DNA of 64,000 bases, from the IMG/VR virus record IMGVR_UViG_3300044675_007236; one strand, given 5' to 3'. Each line of letters starts with the position of its first letter. Positions within the stretch are counted from its first letter, which is position 1. Shown in pieces: positions 17,555-25,168 of the stretch. The notes under the pieces were generated by a model. That model had not been told where the DNA came from. It did no database searches and worked only from the letters and a program-made list of their open reading frames with translations. Source of the stretch: a virus (taxonomy: Duplodnaviria; Caudoviricetes). A program made the translations under genes and the position numbers.

Positions 17555-19351
17555 TTACTCCTTTGCTCGAGTTACTTTACGAACGACACGTTTTGGGGCT
17601 GACACTGCGTCTATTGCATTTTTTGCTTTGAAGCGGTCTCCGGTTTCTGCACAAATGCAACCGGCAGCTTCTGCCCATTCCAGCAGATTATCCATCTGCT
17701 CTTTATTCTTCTCGTAAGACGGTGTTATCCACTTTGATGCTGTCTTGATATCTACTCGCTGCATTTCTGCCAGACGACAGCACGAAGCGATGTCAGCCGG
17801 AGTCCAGTACTGATCAGTTGGTAGATCTTGGTCTGCAAGATCGTGTCGCTGCATATACATTTCCCAGGCGTGGCTCTTTGCATCGCTGCCTGGAAACCCA
17901 ACAAAGAACAAGGCGTCGACACGCCCAGAACGTGTAATCTCGTCTGGCAAGTTTGCGATGTTATTTGCAGCCGACAAAATCACCGTGCTTTTTTGATCGT
18001 TAAACCAAGTTAGCAAAGTGCCAAGCATACGGTTTTCTAGCCCGCCCGACTCACCGGATCCGCCCTGCGGCAAGAATCGCTGAAATTCGTCGATACCCAG
18101 GATGCCGCCAATTTCTTCGACTGTACGAAGCATGTTAGCTAGAATCTTGTCAGTGTCGCCAACCCACTTTGAATACAGGTTGCTAGCTTGCATCGAAGAA
18201 AGCGGAAGACCGAACTCACCTGAACAGCACTTCATAGTCATTGACTTACCGGTACCTGGAACACCAAGCATCAGCACGTGTCGTAACTTAGATCGGTCTG
18301 GAACGTCAGGGCTAAAACCGTTTTTAAGGTAAGACTTAAGCCCGTTTAGTCCGATGATCGAATCGAATGTATAGAAGTTACGCTCGGGTCGGTAGAGTTT
18401 GTTGAAGCTGTCAACTGGCATTGGCTCAAGCCACTGCTCAATCTTTTTGCCGTTTTGCATGAAACTGATACGAGCTCTAATCTCGTCTTGGTTCACATAC
18501 TCTTCTGAAAGCATTGTTACGTCGACAGCTTCGCGTAACTCTTCTATCGTTTCTTCGGGCCATAGTTTGATCGCTTGCTGAAAAGCGGGCGACCAAACAT
18601 CTAGCTTAGAGCTACGAGACAGGTGTTTGGCTTTTCGGTGAAAAAGGAAACCAGGATCAAACGAACCTTTTTCCGACAAGGACTCGGCACCGTACTGGTT
18701 CACCTTTGCTCGAGACAAACCCGCGGTGGCTTCAATAGACTTATCGCTTACCTCAGATTCGCTGTCAAGATTTGACAAAAGCGCTTGACGTTCTTCTTCG
18801 TCCGGCAAGTTGTGATGAAGAACTTCGAAGTGCTCGACAAGCTCGTAAGGTAATTCGACGTCCGGTGCAGTCTGTGCGATCAAAAATACACGAGCGTTTT
18901 GACCTTCTAAAATTAGCTTCTGGGTTTGAGCCAGAAGAAACGCATCGACTTGACCCCCGGCAGTGCCGTTTGGAAAAAGAAATCGGTCGTAATTCCTAAC
19001 CAGAACAACAAACTTTTTGACAGACTCGTCCTGCATGTTTTCTAGCGAAACACCGCTCTGCTCGATTGCAATACGATTACGTGCGTTATTGATCGCAAAA
19101 TCCATTGCAGCGTACAGTGTAGCTTTTTGTTTGCCAAATGCATCTTCACTTACTGCCACCGTTTCGCCTTTTATGTCGGTCAGGCCGTCAACCGGATCCC
19201 AGTTAAGTAGAATGATACCGTCCGGGCCAGTCGTGTCGACGTTGTCAATTGCATAGTTAAGAAGTTCAATGTGAACATCTTCTGGCTCCAGTGATGTTAC
19301 ACATAGCCCGGCTTGACCCGATGCAAGATATTTCAAAATCGTCTTAAGCAT
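17555..19351 (-). CDS. AAA+ ATPase (Ycf46-like)
   Basis: Walker A GVPGTGKS, Walker B LGIDEFQR, sensor SAANN, arginine finger TRSGRVD; degenerate N-terminal AAA domain. Confidence 0.9.
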   Translation of the reverse strand: MLKTILKYLASGQAGLCVTSLEPEDVHIELLNYAIDNVDTTGPDGIILLNWDPVDGLTDIKGETVAVSEDAFGKQKATLYAAMDFAINNARNRIAIEQSGVSLENMQDESVKKFVVLVRNYDRFLFPNGTAGGQVDAFLLAQTQKLILEGQNARVFLIAQTAPDVELPYELVEHFEVLHHNLPDEEERQALLSNLDSESEVSDKSIEATAGLSRAKVNQYGAESLSEKGSFDPGFLFHRKAKHLSRSSKLDVWSPAFQQAIKLWPEETIEELREAVDVTMLSEEYVNQDEIRARISFMQNGKKIEQWLEPMPVDSFNKLYRPERNFYTFDSIIGLNGLKSYLKNGFSPDVPDRSKLRHVLMLGVPGTGKSMTMKCCSGEFGLPLSSMQASNLYSKWVGDTDKILANMLRTVEEIGGILGIDEFQRFLPQGGSGESGGLENRMLGTLLTWFNDQKSTVILSAANNIANLPDEITRSGRVDALFFVGFPGSDAKSHAWEMYMQRHDLADQDLPTDQYWTPADIASCCRLAEMQRVDIKTASKWITPSYEKNKEQMDNLLEWAEAAGCICAETGDRFKAKNAIDAVSAPKRVVRKVTRAKE

Positions 19352-19665
19352 TATTCTTCTTCTTTCTGTTTAAATTCACCGCAAAAATCTGTTTTCCACT
19401 TTACTTTTGTACTGGGGTAACGAGTACAGCGTATTTGCTGTTCGTGTTTGTTCATTGCTTCCAGCCAGTTTGATCTCAGTATGTTGTGCACAACTCTATC
19501 GAAATTATGCGGCTCAGTCTGCCAACTAAAACACAAAAATCTGTGTGTAGTTTTTTCCGGAGTATCTGGCGGCTGCTCGCCGCTTGGCGGCGGTATAGTT
19601 CTGGCATAACAGCAGTTCTTACACATCTGTCGCATAGGTTTTGGTTTGTCTTCCTTTAATTTCAT
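19351..19665 (-). CDS. Cys-rich hypothetical protein
   Basis: CKNCCY...RCTRYP...FCGEF. Confidence 0.6.
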   Translation of the reverse strand: MKLKEDKPKPMRQMCKNCCYARTIPPPSGEQPPDTPEKTTHRFLCFSWQTEPHNFDRVVHNILRSNWLEAMNKHEQQIRCTRYPSTKVKWKTDFCGEFKQKEEE

Positions 19666-19828
19666 AGTAAACGGATTTTGTCATCTCTTCAGCTAGTTTT
19701 TCAATTTCTTGGTGATCCCGTGACCAACAAGAAGTATTTTCCCGTTTTGGAAAGCCAGAATTCCACCATTCTTCGTTTGTGTCTACGCAAGGTGTTTCCG
19801 ATAGCCCGTCGATTACCACCTGCGTCAT
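19619..19828 (-). CDS. Hypothetical protein
   Basis: 69-aa ORF tiling the minus strand. Confidence 0.5.
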   Translation of the reverse strand: MTQVVIDGLSETPCVDTNEEWWNSGFPKRENTSCWSRDHQEIEKLAEEMTKSVYYEIKGRQTKTYATDV

Positions 19829-19846
19829 TTCGTTGACGATTACTTT

Positions 19847-20041
19847 TCACCAATGCAGCGAGAAATTGTCAATGTGATTTACCTGAGCTGTTAGAATAAC
19901 TTTGTTATCGTTTAGAAAACGTTGACGTATGTCCGGTAAGGCTAAAAGCAACTTTTGTCGTAACGGTGCGTCTATAGTTTTTTCTTTGACCGCTGCTTGC
20001 CTTTTTGCAAGCAGCGGGTAGAACTGATTGTTGTGCGACAC
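19847..20041 (-). CDS. Hypothetical protein
   Basis: 64-aa ORF following the Gly-rich gene. Confidence 0.5.
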   Translation of the reverse strand: MSHNNQFYPLLAKRQAAVKEKTIDAPLRQKLLLALPDIRQRFLNDNKVILTAQVNHIDNFSLHW

Positions 20042-20043
20042 TG

Positions 20044-20295
20044 TTAAACTCTTCTTCCGCGGCCAGAGACAGTAGCACAGCCGTAGCCGCCGCCATCGCC
20101 GTGGCCGTCGCCGTCGCCGTAGCCGTGGCCGTCGCCGTCGCCGTAGCCGTATCCGTCGCCGTTGCCGTCGCCGTTGCCGTTGCCGTAGCCGTTGCCGTAG
20201 CCCCAGCCGTAGCCCCAGCCGTAGCCGTAGCCGTAGCCGTTGCCGTAGCCGTCGCCACGACCTACTGGTTTAAAACTTTGTTCAACGTTTGGCAT
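20044..20295 (-). CDS. Gly/Tyr/Asp/Asn low-complexity protein 1
   Basis: MPNVEQSFKPVGR leader, (GY/GD/GN/GW)n core, ATVSGRGRRV tail; TAATG coupling to the DUF2997-like gene. Confidence 0.75.
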   Translation of the reverse strand: MPNVEQSFKPVGRGDGYGNGYGYGYGWGYGWGYGNGYGNGNGDGNGDGYGYGDGDGHGYGDGDGHGDGGGYGCATVSGRGRRV

Positions 20296-20492
20296 TACTG
20301 TCTAACTCCTACAGCCGCCTTAATTTCAGGTAGGTTATACTCTGGCTTTAGCGTCTGCTTGTCAGGTTGTTCGCCAATCAACGCGTCTTTTAGCGGTTGC
20401 GTTGCCTTGACACAGCTGCCGCCGGTGTAGCCGTTTGCTTCGATGGTTGTGTTACCGTCGACAGCTACAATGATTGTGATTATCTTTTCCAT
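20295..20492 (-). CDS. DUF2997-like protein
   Basis: ITIIVAVDGNTTIEANGYTGGSCVKATQPL...KPEY. Confidence 0.75.
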   Translation of the reverse strand: MEKIITIIVAVDGNTTIEANGYTGGSCVKATQPLKDALIGEQPDKQTLKPEYNLPEIKAAVGVRQ

Positions 20493-20493
20493 A

Positions 20494-21192
20494 CTATCTT
20501 CCTCTCACTTGGTAAACGATTCGACCGTCAGGTAATTTTTGCTTGCTGACTTGCCCGTAAGCTGGATTTTGCATTGATTGTTGCCGTTCAATAGCTCTTT
20601 CAGTGGCCCTCGCGGCGTAGCTTTGTTTGAGCTCGTTTGCCCAGGCATCTACCCCACCTTTGCTAGTATGCTGGCCGACGCCCTTCGCCCGAAGCAAACC
20701 GTTTCCTTGCGAATAAAAATCAGTCATCATGATGTATTCGCCCTTTTGGAAAGGATGCGGTACTAGCCCTATCTCGTAGGCTTGTGGCTTATTTTCCGAA
20801 GCTTTGTATCGGATGACATACTGACTATCTTTACTCATGCGATTCTTAACGATGTTTTCGTATTCGTTACGCACAGAAGAGTTATTGAGGAGCTTTTTTT
20901 GAGTCACCAAATCCCAAGGATTGTTCTCGAGATCGCGAGTGTTGACGGGAAGTGTGACGCCCAGCTCAGCTGCAATCTTAACTAAATCCAAGCCCTTTGC
21001 TTTAAGGTTTTCGGCTAGAATTGTTTGGTATACGCCTGGAATCGGGTAGTCTCCAGCAAGCCGCCCGTGATCGGTAATCCAGGTGCGATACTTTGTACCT
21101 TCGACTAACTCGAGTTGAGGACACTGTTTTTCCACAACCTGCTTCAGTGCAGTAATATCCTTAACGCAGAAACCATTAACTAAGTGACTCAT
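20494..21192 (-). CDS. DUF1257 (Ycf35)-like protein with insertion
   Basis: MSHL...DITAL...YEIGL...DFY...LKQSYA...LPDGRIVYQV. Confidence 0.7.
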   Translation of the reverse strand: MSHLVNGFCVKDITALKQVVEKQCPQLELVEGTKYRTWITDHGRLAGDYPIPGVYQTILAENLKAKGLDLVKIAAELGVTLPVNTRDLENNPWDLVTQKKLLNNSSVRNEYENIVKNRMSKDSQYVIRYKASENKPQAYEIGLVPHPFQKGEYIMMTDFYSQGNGLLRAKGVGQHTSKGGVDAWANELKQSYAARATERAIERQQSMQNPAYGQVSKQKLPDGRIVYQVRGR

Positions 21193-21403
21193 TTTCGCTC
21201 TCCAAACAAAACCTACGGGATAAAAAACACTTATTTTCTTCGTCGCCCCAAAACCCCAAGTGACTGAGCCTAGACTTATCTGGTTCTCTGACTTTTTCTG
21301 GATTTGCTAGAATCCTAAGAACGCCTGATTCGCAGGCAATCGGATAGTTTAAGTGGTCGGCGTATTTCGAAAATATGAACAACGCTTCAAGCAGCTCAGA
21401 CAT
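21176..21403 (-). CDS. Conserved small phage protein
   Basis: LLEALFIFSKY...YPIACE..VL...RLSHLGF motif. Confidence 0.65.
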   Translation of the reverse strand: MSELLEALFIFSKYADHLNYPIACESGVLRILANPEKVREPDKSRLSHLGFWGDEENKCFLSRRFCLESENESLS

Positions 21404-21414
21404 GTTTACTCCAT

Positions 21415-21451
21415 AAAAAAACCACCCGGCCAGAAACTCCAGCCGGGTGGT
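21415..21451 (-). terminator. Intrinsic terminator
   Basis: 10-bp stem ACCACCCGGC/GCCGGGTGGT followed by T7 on the minus strand. Confidence 0.75.
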
Positions 21452-21470
21452 ACACCTGCGGAAATAAAAA

Positions 21471-21731
21471 CTAGCGACAGCAACGTGTTCGACGAGCAAA
21501 CACGCGTTTTGCTGGCTGCGTTGTGGCTGCAACTGCCTTTCGTGTACTACAAGCTGCAAGCTGCACAGTTTGCTCTGCTACGCCTACAACAGCCTCGGTA
21601 ACACCGACAACCTGAGTTGCTGCGACAGCGACTACACTGCGAACCGGTCGCTGACAAGTGCCTGTGCTGCAATCTTGAGCCGACGCGAAACCTGCACTAA
21701 GGGCAGCCAATACGAACACAAACTTCTTCAT
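21471..21731 (-). CDS. Secreted small protein of Planctomycete style
   Basis: Signal peptide MKKFVFVLAALSAGFASA, then DCSTGTCQRPVR, basic C-terminus RRTRCCR. Confidence 0.65.
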   Translation of the reverse strand: MKKFVFVLAALSAGFASAQDCSTGTCQRPVRSVVAVAATQVVGVTEAVVGVAEQTVQLAACSTRKAVAATTQPAKRVFARRTRCCR

Positions 21732-22495
21732 TCTTCTGCTCCTGATAAGTATACTATTTGTTGCAGCTGACGAACCACAACTTCTGTCGAACCGTTGCTC
21801 AATGGTAGCATACGCAGCTGGTCCATCAAGCCCTGCATGTTTTCCAGGTACATCGTACGCAGATCACCTGTTTTTTCCTGCTGCATTTCGTAGATAGCCG
21901 AATACATTTCCGGGTCGTCGGCATACTCTGCGTCTACTTTGCTTGCACTGTCGTCACTCATTGCAAATTTCAGGACATCGAAGGGTTTTAGTATACCCTC
22001 CTCACGGAGTACTTGTCTGATGTACTCCTGAATTTCTGCCGAAAACTCGGTGTCCTCTGGATCCTCGTTAGGAGGGTACAGCAGTAATGCTTCCGTGATT
22101 CCTAGAAGCATTTCACCGGCATCAGCAGGTTCAAACTCGTCTGGTTGAAAATCATCGCCAGAAAGGATGTTGCAGATCTCGACAAACCGAGTTACGTCTT
22201 TGTAGAAGTAATTCGTTGTCAAAATCGTTATAGCTGCCATAATTTTGTCCAACGTGATCTTAGGCAGCTTCAATTGAAAATCCTGCTCTAATTCCAGCCT
22301 GATTGTAGCCGGTGCCCAAGAGAGTACGTCTGTTCCGTACTTGTCTAAGACAAGTAGTATCAAAGGCGTTGCGTAAGCTTCTTCGGCTGCAAGCAGCGTA
22401 CGCTGGGCTAGCTTTGCAGCTTGTGGCTGACTAATCGAACTGTTGGCCCGCTTTATTAGCGATTGCATTAACGCTGACGCTGCTTTTTGATCCAT
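21728..22495 (-). CDS. Conserved phage protein, probably structural or assembly
   Basis: 255-aa acidic helical ORF; no function recognised. Confidence 0.6.
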   Translation of the reverse strand: MDQKAASALMQSLIKRANSSISQPQAAKLAQRTLLAAEEAYATPLILLVLDKYGTDVLSWAPATIRLELEQDFQLKLPKITLDKIMAAITILTTNYFYKDVTRFVEICNILSGDDFQPDEFEPADAGEMLLGITEALLLYPPNEDPEDTEFSAEIQEYIRQVLREEGILKPFDVLKFAMSDDSASKVDAEYADDPEMYSAIYEMQQEKTGDLRTMYLENMQGLMDQLRMLPLSNGSTEVVVRQLQQIVYLSGAEE

Positions 22496-22850
22496 GTTTT
22501 TTTCTCTGTATTAGTGCCAGGCAGTCGCAAGTTATGAATGTGATTGCAGGCTGAGGTAAGCGTTCAACTTCTTCGGCAGTCGCCGTATCCCAAAAAGAAT
22601 CATCAGTCCAAGATGGGATCCACCTGCTGTCGCATATAACCAAATTGAAAAGTCGTACGCTTTTTGCAGACAACGTCGATATCTCGATCGCGGTTATGTT
22701 GTCTGTATTTAGGAATTTGATTATATCGTAAATCTGCGACTCAGAGAACATATTTAGATGCTCAAGCCATTCCACAAGCCAAACGACTTGGTCGTGGCAA
22801 GAACCTGTAGCGTGTTTCAACCGTTTGATTTTGTTTGAATCCATAGTCAA
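22431..22850 (-). CDS. Hypothetical protein
   Basis: 139-aa ORF. Confidence 0.55.
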   Translation of the reverse strand: MTMDSNKIKRLKHATGSCHDQVVWLVEWLEHLNMFSESQIYDIIKFLNTDNITAIEISTLSAKSVRLFNLVICDSRWIPSWTDDSFWDTATAEEVERLPQPAITFITCDCLALIQRKKHGSKSSVSVNAIANKAGQQFD

Positions 22851-22896
22851 TAGCTAAAAAAAAGTCACACAAACCGTAACAAAAGTAAAGAAACAA

Positions 22897-22948
22897 AGTC
22901 GCAAGAGGGCTTGTTTATTTTAGGGATAAACAAGCCGCTCCTGCGACT
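22897..22948 (-). terminator. Long-stem hairpin, terminator or processing site
   Basis: About 22-bp stem with one bulge; the A.C mismatch on plus is a G.U pair on minus; T-rich tract follows on minus. Confidence 0.65.
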
Positions 22949-22982
22949 AATAGTTTGTTACCTGGTACGAGCCTTCGGCGGT

Positions 22983-23576
22983 TTACGCCGATTTGTGTTC
23001 TTGGTCTTTTTCAATCGTCGCTTTGAAGCCGAAGTTTCCAGCAACGTGATAGCAGATGATGCCTTCGGGCCGCATGAATCCGACTCTTGCGTGGCTACCT
23101 CCCATTTGTAGTTCTTTAAGAGCTTCGTACACTCGGGCAGTGTCGAACAAGCCCTGATACAAAATAGGAACCAAACCGCAGCACGAAGGCAACCGCTGTT
23201 GGTACTTCTCAATTCGAGGGTCTGCGGTTGCAATTCGTTTTGGCTCTTGACCAGGTAAACACCACCTTGCCACGTTGAAAAGACTCCATCGCTTTTCTCC
23301 GTTGGTCAAGCCATACCCTCGCTGGATTCCACTGCCCCACCATTCTCCGAAGTGCGTACCAGGGCCTAGTTGCATCAATTCATCGCGGTGGGCCTCGGCC
23401 CACCCTGCGAATCCGAAATTGTCGTCTTGGGGCGTGATCCATCGCGACCGGCTACCGGTCAAAAACTGACCGTCCTCGGTGATGCAGACACAGGCGTTGG
23501 TCCCGTCGATCTTTTCCGTAATGATGCACTCTCGAAACATTCGAGGCATTTTCGGAAACGCTACAAACTCTTTCAT
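22983..23576 (-). CDS. RNA ligase (Rnl2-like adenylyltransferase domain)
   Basis: Motif I ITEKIDGTN; FGEWWG; LFNV; VPILY; PEGII; FKATI. N-terminal FPKMPR typical of Rnl2. Confidence 0.85.
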   Translation of the reverse strand: MKEFVAFPKMPRMFRECIITEKIDGTNACVCITEDGQFLTGSRSRWITPQDDNFGFAGWAEAHRDELMQLGPGTHFGEWWGSGIQRGYGLTNGEKRWSLFNVARWCLPGQEPKRIATADPRIEKYQQRLPSCCGLVPILYQGLFDTARVYEALKELQMGGSHARVGFMRPEGIICYHVAGNFGFKATIEKDQEHKSA

Positions 23577-23610
23577 TGTGATTCTCCTAAAGTAAAAGTA
23601 AAAGTAAAAA

Positions 23611-23730
23611 GGATCGGGCAGGTTTGGTTACCTGCTTACGGCTCGCAATCACAATCCAGCCATCGAGTGTATCTGGGATTGCTACTTTCATATCCGCTAT
23701 CTGTCGTAGTTACCGCCACGCCGCCGATCC
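23611..23730 (-). ncRNA. Structured tRNA-like RNA, unit 1
   Basis: Closing stem GGATCGG/CCGATCC; D-like hairpin CGTGG-CGGTAA-CTACG; internal stems GCAATC/GATTGC and CCAG/CTGG; T-like hairpin GCAGG-TAACCAAA-CCTGC. Confidence 0.7.
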
Positions 23731-23736
23731 AAAAAA

Positions 23737-23818
23737 TTAGCAGAGGTTGGAACCCGACTCCAACACGCACAGGCACTATCTCAGCCCAGTTGTTCTTCCT
23801 CTTAAACTACTCTGCTAA
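23737..23818 (-). ncRNA. Degenerate tRNA-like RNA, unit 2
   Basis: Closing stem TTAGCAGAG/CTCTGCTAA; TA + GTTT-AAGAGGAA-GAAC D-arm; T-like arm GTTGGA-GTCGGGT-TCCAAC; non-canonical anticodon arm. Confidence 0.65.
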
Positions 23819-23821
23819 TAA

Positions 23822-23949
23822 AAGACCTGGCAGGATTGGTTACCTGCTTAGGGATGGTTACGTGCCAGAACGCCCACCTAGGGTAAATTCTGTACTCATC
23901 ACTCCTATTTTAGTCTATGACTGTGTGTAACTTCCACACCGCTGGTCTT
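23822..23949 (-). ncRNA. Structured tRNA-like RNA, unit 3 (paralog of unit 1)
   Basis: Closing stem AAGACCAG/CAGGTCTT (one mismatch); GTGTG-GAAGTTA-CACAC; TAAGCAGG-TAACCAAT-CCTGC nearly identical to unit 1. Confidence 0.7.
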
Positions 23950-24033
23950 AAGTTGATTAGGTCAACCACTCCCTTTCCAATTCACTTCGCATACTTGTTA
24001 CCAAATAATTCGTGAAATTAAGTCCGTCAACTT
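23950..24033 (-). ncRNA. Structured RNA, unit 4
   Basis: Closing stem AAGTTGA/TCAACTT; internal long hairpin TTCAC...GTGAA capped by TATTTG-GTAA-CAAGTA (GNRA loop on minus strand). Confidence 0.45.
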
Positions 24034-24090
24034 TCGCGAGAGCCGCCAGACACAGGAAATAGAAAAACTAGCTTTTAAAGTAAAGTTAAA

Positions 24091-24180
24091 GGACCGGCCA
24101 GGAATTACCACAATAACCTGCAGGTTCTCTTCTGGGTCACGACCTCCCAAAAGGAACACCTAGCCGTTAGACACCGATCC
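24091..24180 (-). ncRNA. Structured RNA, unit 5
   Basis: 5' GGATCGG identical to unit 1, pairing with 3' CCGGTCC (G.U only on minus strand); terminal CAGG...CCTG hairpin. Confidence 0.6.
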
Positions 24181-24210
24181 TTTTAACTTAGGCAATCACA
24201 GCCGTAGTGG

Positions 24211-24510
24211 CTAGACGCCCCAGTTAGCGTCAACCGGGATGCTGAAGATTTCCGCGTTTTGCGGGATATCGACAGGCTGGTCCAGTTTCTTCAATGTAAC
24301 CTTACTGCTCTTTGGATCTTTCAGCATCCCGTCGAACCCAATCTGCTCCCACTTGAAAACGTGTACGGCATTTTGAAGCAAAAGTCTACCGTTTTCTCGT
24401 GTCAGATCTCCAGCGAAAATCCATCCGCGATCAACTACGACCACGTGCCGGTTTCCGGTAGTTTCCCGAACAAACTTTACACCATCAACAATTACAGAAT
24501 CATTAGCCAC
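24211..24510 (-). CDS. Conserved phage beta-rich protein (DUF6948-like)
   Basis: VVVVDRGWIFAG...LLLQNAVHVFKW; family often found beside Gly/Tyr-repeat genes, from recall. Confidence 0.6.
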   Translation of the reverse strand: MANDSVIVDGVKFVRETTGNRHVVVVDRGWIFAGDLTRENGRLLLQNAVHVFKWEQIGFDGMLKDPKSSKVTLKKLDQPVDIPQNAEIFSIPVDANWGV

Positions 24511-24612
24511 AATAAAACCCTTTCAAAAGACTAAACCACTCTGACAACACCGGAAACATTCTCAGTGTCGCTGCCCGCCGGTTTAAAGCAGGCAGAATAA
24601 AATCTTACTAAA

Positions 24613-24885
24613 CTAACGTCTGCCGCTTCCAGAGACAGTAGCAAAGCCGTAGCCGCAGCCGTCGCCGTCGCCGTTACCGTCGCCGTCGCCGTAACCGTAG
24701 CCGTTGCCGTTGCCGTTGCCGTTGCCGCCACCGTTGCCGTCGCTGGTGCCGTAGCCGTAGCCGTAGCTGCCGCCACCGTAGCCGTTACCGTCGCCGTAGC
24801 CGTAGCCGTAGCTGCCGCCACCGTAGCCGTTACCGTCGCCGTAGCCACGACCTACTGGTTTAAAACTTTGTTCAACGTTTGGCAT
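24613..24885 (-). CDS. Gly/Tyr low-complexity protein 2
   Basis: Same MPNVEQSFKPVGR leader; FATVSGSGRR tail; GGAG SD. Confidence 0.75.
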   Translation of the reverse strand: MPNVEQSFKPVGRGYGDGNGYGGGSYGYGYGDGNGYGGGSYGYGYGTSDGNGGGNGNGNGNGYGYGDGDGNGDGDGCGYGFATVSGSGRR

Positions 24886-24887
24886 AG

Positions 24888-25166
24888 CTAACTCCTTCTT
24901 CCACTGCCAGAAACAGTAGCAAAGCCGTAGCCGTAGCCATCACCGTAGCCGCAGCCGTAGCAATAAGCGGCACCGTTGCCGTAGCCAGAGCCGTAGCCGT
25001 CGTCAGAGCCGTAGCCGTAGCCGTAGCCGTAGCCGTTGCCGTAGCCGTAGCCGTTGCCGTCGCCAGAGCCGTAGCCGTAGCCGTTGCCGTCGCCAGAGCC
25101 GTTGCCGTGGCCGTAGCCGTAGCCATAGCCAGAGCCGTTGCCTACTGGTTTAAACGTATTTGGCAT
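24888..25166 (-). CDS. Gly/Tyr low-complexity protein 3
   Basis: MPNTFKPVG leader; FATVSGSGRRS tail. Confidence 0.75.
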   Translation of the reverse strand: MPNTFKPVGNGSGYGYGYGHGNGSGDGNGYGYGSGDGNGYGYGNGYGYGYGYGSDDGYGSGYGNGAAYCYGCGYGDGYGYGFATVSGSGRRS

Positions 25167-25168
25167 CG

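Noticed and set aside
19905-20430. (Ala-Thr)n and (Val-Ala)n ORFs at 19905-20258, 20005-20430, 24531-24848 and 24872-25126
   Set aside because: These are alternative-frame or antisense shadows of GGC-TAC-type repeats; only the Gly/Tyr frame has an SD, coupling and conserved termini.
23370-23930. 186-aa plus-strand ORF over the ligase start and the ncRNA array
   Set aside because: Antisense to the ligase, no SD or recognisable motif; the structure signal favours minus-strand RNA.
23611-24180. CRISPR array, tmRNA or canonical tRNA cluster
   Set aside because: No identical repeats with regular spacers, no tag ORF or tmRNA termini, and no TTCGA loops or canonical anticodon arms.
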